32,000 nucleotides of DNA from Candidatus Methylomirabilis oxygeniifera (GTDB taxonomy: Bacteria > Methylomirabilota > Methylomirabilia > Methylomirabilales > Methylomirabilaceae), in contig FP565575.1 of NCBI GenBank assembly GCA_000091165.1, positions 630,001 through 662,000 on the forward strand. The letters run 5' to 3'. Numbering within the stretch: position 1 is the first letter of the stretch; each line of letters starts with the position of its first letter. Position numbers and translations under genes: made by a program. A model generated the notes under the pieces. That model searched no databases, was not told the origin of the DNA, and was given only the letters and a program-made list of their open reading frames with translations. Of this stretch, positions 29,904 through 32,000 are shown in pieces.

Positions 29904-32000
29904 TTAATCCCATTGTAGTTTGTCCATTTTGCGCACCAGACAGTAGGTGTTGCGCGTCATGATCCCGATCGGTCCTAGTGAGTTGAATCCGTACGACCAC
30001 TGGCCGTATCCCCCGGCGAGCTGGACCGGGTTCACCCGCGTGCGGGTCAGGCTGTTGTGGCCACCGGCCCGCCGTCCGCGAAGCTGTGACTTCGGCACGT
30101 AGATCGTCCGTTCGACCGCGTGATAATACAGGCAGGTGCCGGACTGGACACGGGAGCTGACATTGGCCCGGGTGACCACCACGCCGTTGTCGTTGTAGAC
30201 CTCTACCCAGTCGTTATCCTTGAGGCCCACGCGGGCGGCGTCTTTATCGTTGATCCAGATCGGATCCATGCCCCGCGACAAGGTGAGCATGCGGTGATTA
30301 TCTTTGTAGGTGGAGTGGATGTTCCACTTGCCGTGGGGCGTAATGTAGTTCAGGAGCAGCGCGCGTTCATCCTGTCCGCTTTCGGTGATGTCATGGATCA
30401 GGACCGGGTCGAGTTTTGGCTTGTAGGTCGGCAGGTTCTCGCCGAAGTCGATGAAATAGGGGTGATCAAGATACAGATGCTGGCGGCCGGTCAGCGTGCG
30501 CCAGGGCACAAGCCGCTCCACCATCATCGTCCAGGCGGAGTAGGCGCGTCCGTCGTTGGTCATCCCGCTCCAGCAGGGAGAGATCAGCGTGCGCCTGGGC
30601 TGCCGTTTCAGATCGCCGAAGTTCAGCCGCAGGCTGCGGTGGCCTTCGGCCATGTCCGCAAGCTCCACCCCGACCAGTTCCCCTTTGGCCTTGAAGCCTT
30701 CGTAGCAGATTTCGCCGTTGGTTTCCGGCGACAGGTGCAGGATCAGGTTGGCGGCATCCAGCGCCGTTTCGAGCGAGGGGTACTTCTGCCCGCCCCATGA
30801 GACCGTCCGCTTGTGGCGGGGGTCCGGAGATCCTCCCTCTGGGTACTCCAGCAGTTCGTCGTAGAATTTCCCGATGGGAATGGGGCCCCAATTGTGGCCG
30901 GTCAGCCCGTCCTCGCGCACCTTCCGCCCGAACGAGATGAATTTCTGATAGAGCTTCGAGTAATCGCGTTCGACGATCTTCAGATGGGGAAAATTGCGAC
31001 CGGGTTCGAGCGGATCGTTCTGACCCTTCCAGTCCACGACCTCCCGCTGAGCCATCTCGTCCGGGCAATTGGCGCTGAGCGGGGCGGCGACCAGGTCCTT
31101 CACGGGACCGTCAAATGCATACCCGGCCATCTCCGAGACTCGCTTGGCCAACGCCTTGAAGATGTCGAAATCACTCCTGGCCTCCCAGGGCGGATCGACG
31201 GCCTTCCCGAGGTTGTGAATGAACGAGTGCAGGTCGGTCGTGTTCAGGTCGTCTTTCTCGTACCAGAAGGCGGTGGGAAGGACGATGTCGGAATAGACGG
31301 CCGAGGTATCCATGCGGAAGTTGATGTCCACCACCAGGTCCATCTTGCCTTCCGGGGCCTTCCCTGTCGCCTTGACGTCCTTGGCGGTTCCATTCACCCG
31401 TTCCTGGGCGATCAGGTTGTGATGGGTGCCCAGGTAGTGGCGCAGAAAGAACTCGTGACCCTTGGCGCTGGATTGAATGGCGTTTCCACGCCAGATCAGC
31501 CAGACCCTCGGCCAGTTCTCCGGAGCATCCGGGTTCTCGACGGAGAGTTCGAGCGTGCCCGTCCTGATCGCGTCGAGTACGTATTGCACGATCTCCTCCG
31601 CACTCTTTGCGCCGGCCTGCTCCGCCTCACGAATGACCTCGATCGGATTCCTGTTGAACTGCGGGTAAAACGGCATCCAGCCAAGGCGAACGGAGCGGGC
31701 CACATGATCTGCGGCATGCCCCTTTGCCCACTTGACGTCATTCGGCAGCGGGGCGTATTCCGTAAACTCCCCCTCGTACCGCCACTGATCGCTCATAATG
31801 TAATGCCACAAGGGGGTCTGCTGGAGGCGCGGGGGTTTCAACCAGTCGTTCGCGAAGGCGACAGGTTTCCATGCTGCGGCCAGTGTCAGTTTCTCCTGTC
31901 CGACGTAATGGTTGAGTCCCCCGCCGTTCACGCCGCAGCAGCCGCACAGGATCAGCGCGGTGGACGGCCCACGGTAGACAAGGTTGTTGTTGTACCAGTG
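29904..32000 (-). CDS. narG: Respiratory nitrate reductase alpha subunit (Mo-bisMGD), 5' end outside the window
   Basis: The reading frame is open to the window edge (own translation HWYNNNLVYRGPSTALILCGCCGVNGGGLNHYVGQEKL...). This long C-terminal region is NarG-like, including the GGGxxHYVGQEK motif. A narH-narJ-narI context follows downstream. Confidence 0.95.
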   Translation of the reverse strand, partial: HWYNNNLVYRGPSTALILCGCCGVNGGGLNHYVGQEKLTLAAAWKPVAFANDWLKPPRLQQTPLWHYIMSDQWRYEGEFTEYAPLPNDVKWAKGHAADHVARSVRLGWMPFYPQFNRNPIEVIREAEQAGAKSAEEIVQYVLDAIRTGTLELSVENPDAPENWPRVWLIWRGNAIQSSAKGHEFFLRHYLGTHHNLIAQERVNGTAKDVKATGKAPEGKMDLVVDINFRMDTSAVYSDIVLPTAFWYEKDDLNTTDLHSFIHNLGKAVDPPWEARSDFDIFKALAKRVSEMAGYAFDGPVKDLVAAPLSANCPDEMAQREVVDWKGQNDPLEPGRNFPHLKIVERDYSKLYQKFISFGRKVREDGLTGHNWGPIPIGKFYDELLEYPEGGSPDPRHKRTVSWGGQKYPSLETALDAANLILHLSPETNGEICYEGFKAKGELVGVELADMAEGHRSLRLNFGDLKRQPRRTLISPCWSGMTNDGRAYSAWTMMVERLVPWRTLTGRQHLYLDHPYFIDFGENLPTYKPKLDPVLIHDITESGQDERALLLNYITPHGKWNIHSTYKDNHRMLTLSRGMDPIWINDKDAARVGLKDNDWVEVYNDNGVVVTRANVSSRVQSGTCLYYHAVERTIYVPKSQLRGRRAGGHNSLTRTRVNPVQLAGGYGQWSYGFNSLGPIGIMTRNTYCLVRKMDKLQWD

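Overview
Bacterial chromosomal window, annotated by eye with no database searches. GC content is visibly uneven: about 18.6-23.8 kb and a 510-bp block in two genes are much richer in G/C-ending codons than the rest. From memory, the gene content fits an NC10/Methylomirabilis-like or Nitrospirae-like organism, but that is a guess.

Gene order:
- (-) 2-oxoacid dehydrogenase E1 beta (partial) and E1 alpha.
- (+) An actinobacterial-type Pup-proteasome operon, arc(mpa)-dop-prcB-prcA-pafA, ending in a strong intrinsic terminator.
- (+) pepA, (-) a stand-alone Lrp/AsnC ligand-binding-domain protein, (+) an MFS transporter.
- (+) Six tandem ankyrin-repeat paralogs separated by REP-like palindromic spacers.
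- (+) A Rieske/cytochrome b module preceded by a GltD-like NAD(P)H flavoprotein with a 2x[4Fe-4S] domain and followed by a tetraheme cytochrome c.
- A small decayed islet: mazF-like pseudogene, SDR N-terminal fragment, intact brnT/brnA.
- (-) A TehA/SLAC1-family anion channel, then narI, narJ, narH, an inserted 193-aa ORF, and narG (5' end off the window).

Most notable observations:
1. dop and pafA share a perfectly identical 510-bp in-frame block with foreign-looking codon usage.
2. No pup/UBact ORF sits in the canonical dop-prcB slot, which is only 29 nt.
3. The six ankyrin paralogs share an MG(F/L)(F/L)xxLF N-terminal motif, have Trp at predicted binding-surface positions, carry very recent 99-bp module duplications, and are separated by palindromic elements.
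4. The GltD-like flavoprotein overlaps the start of a Rieske/cyt b/tetraheme c module by 26 nt.
5. A hemerythrin-like ORF is wedged between narG and narH.
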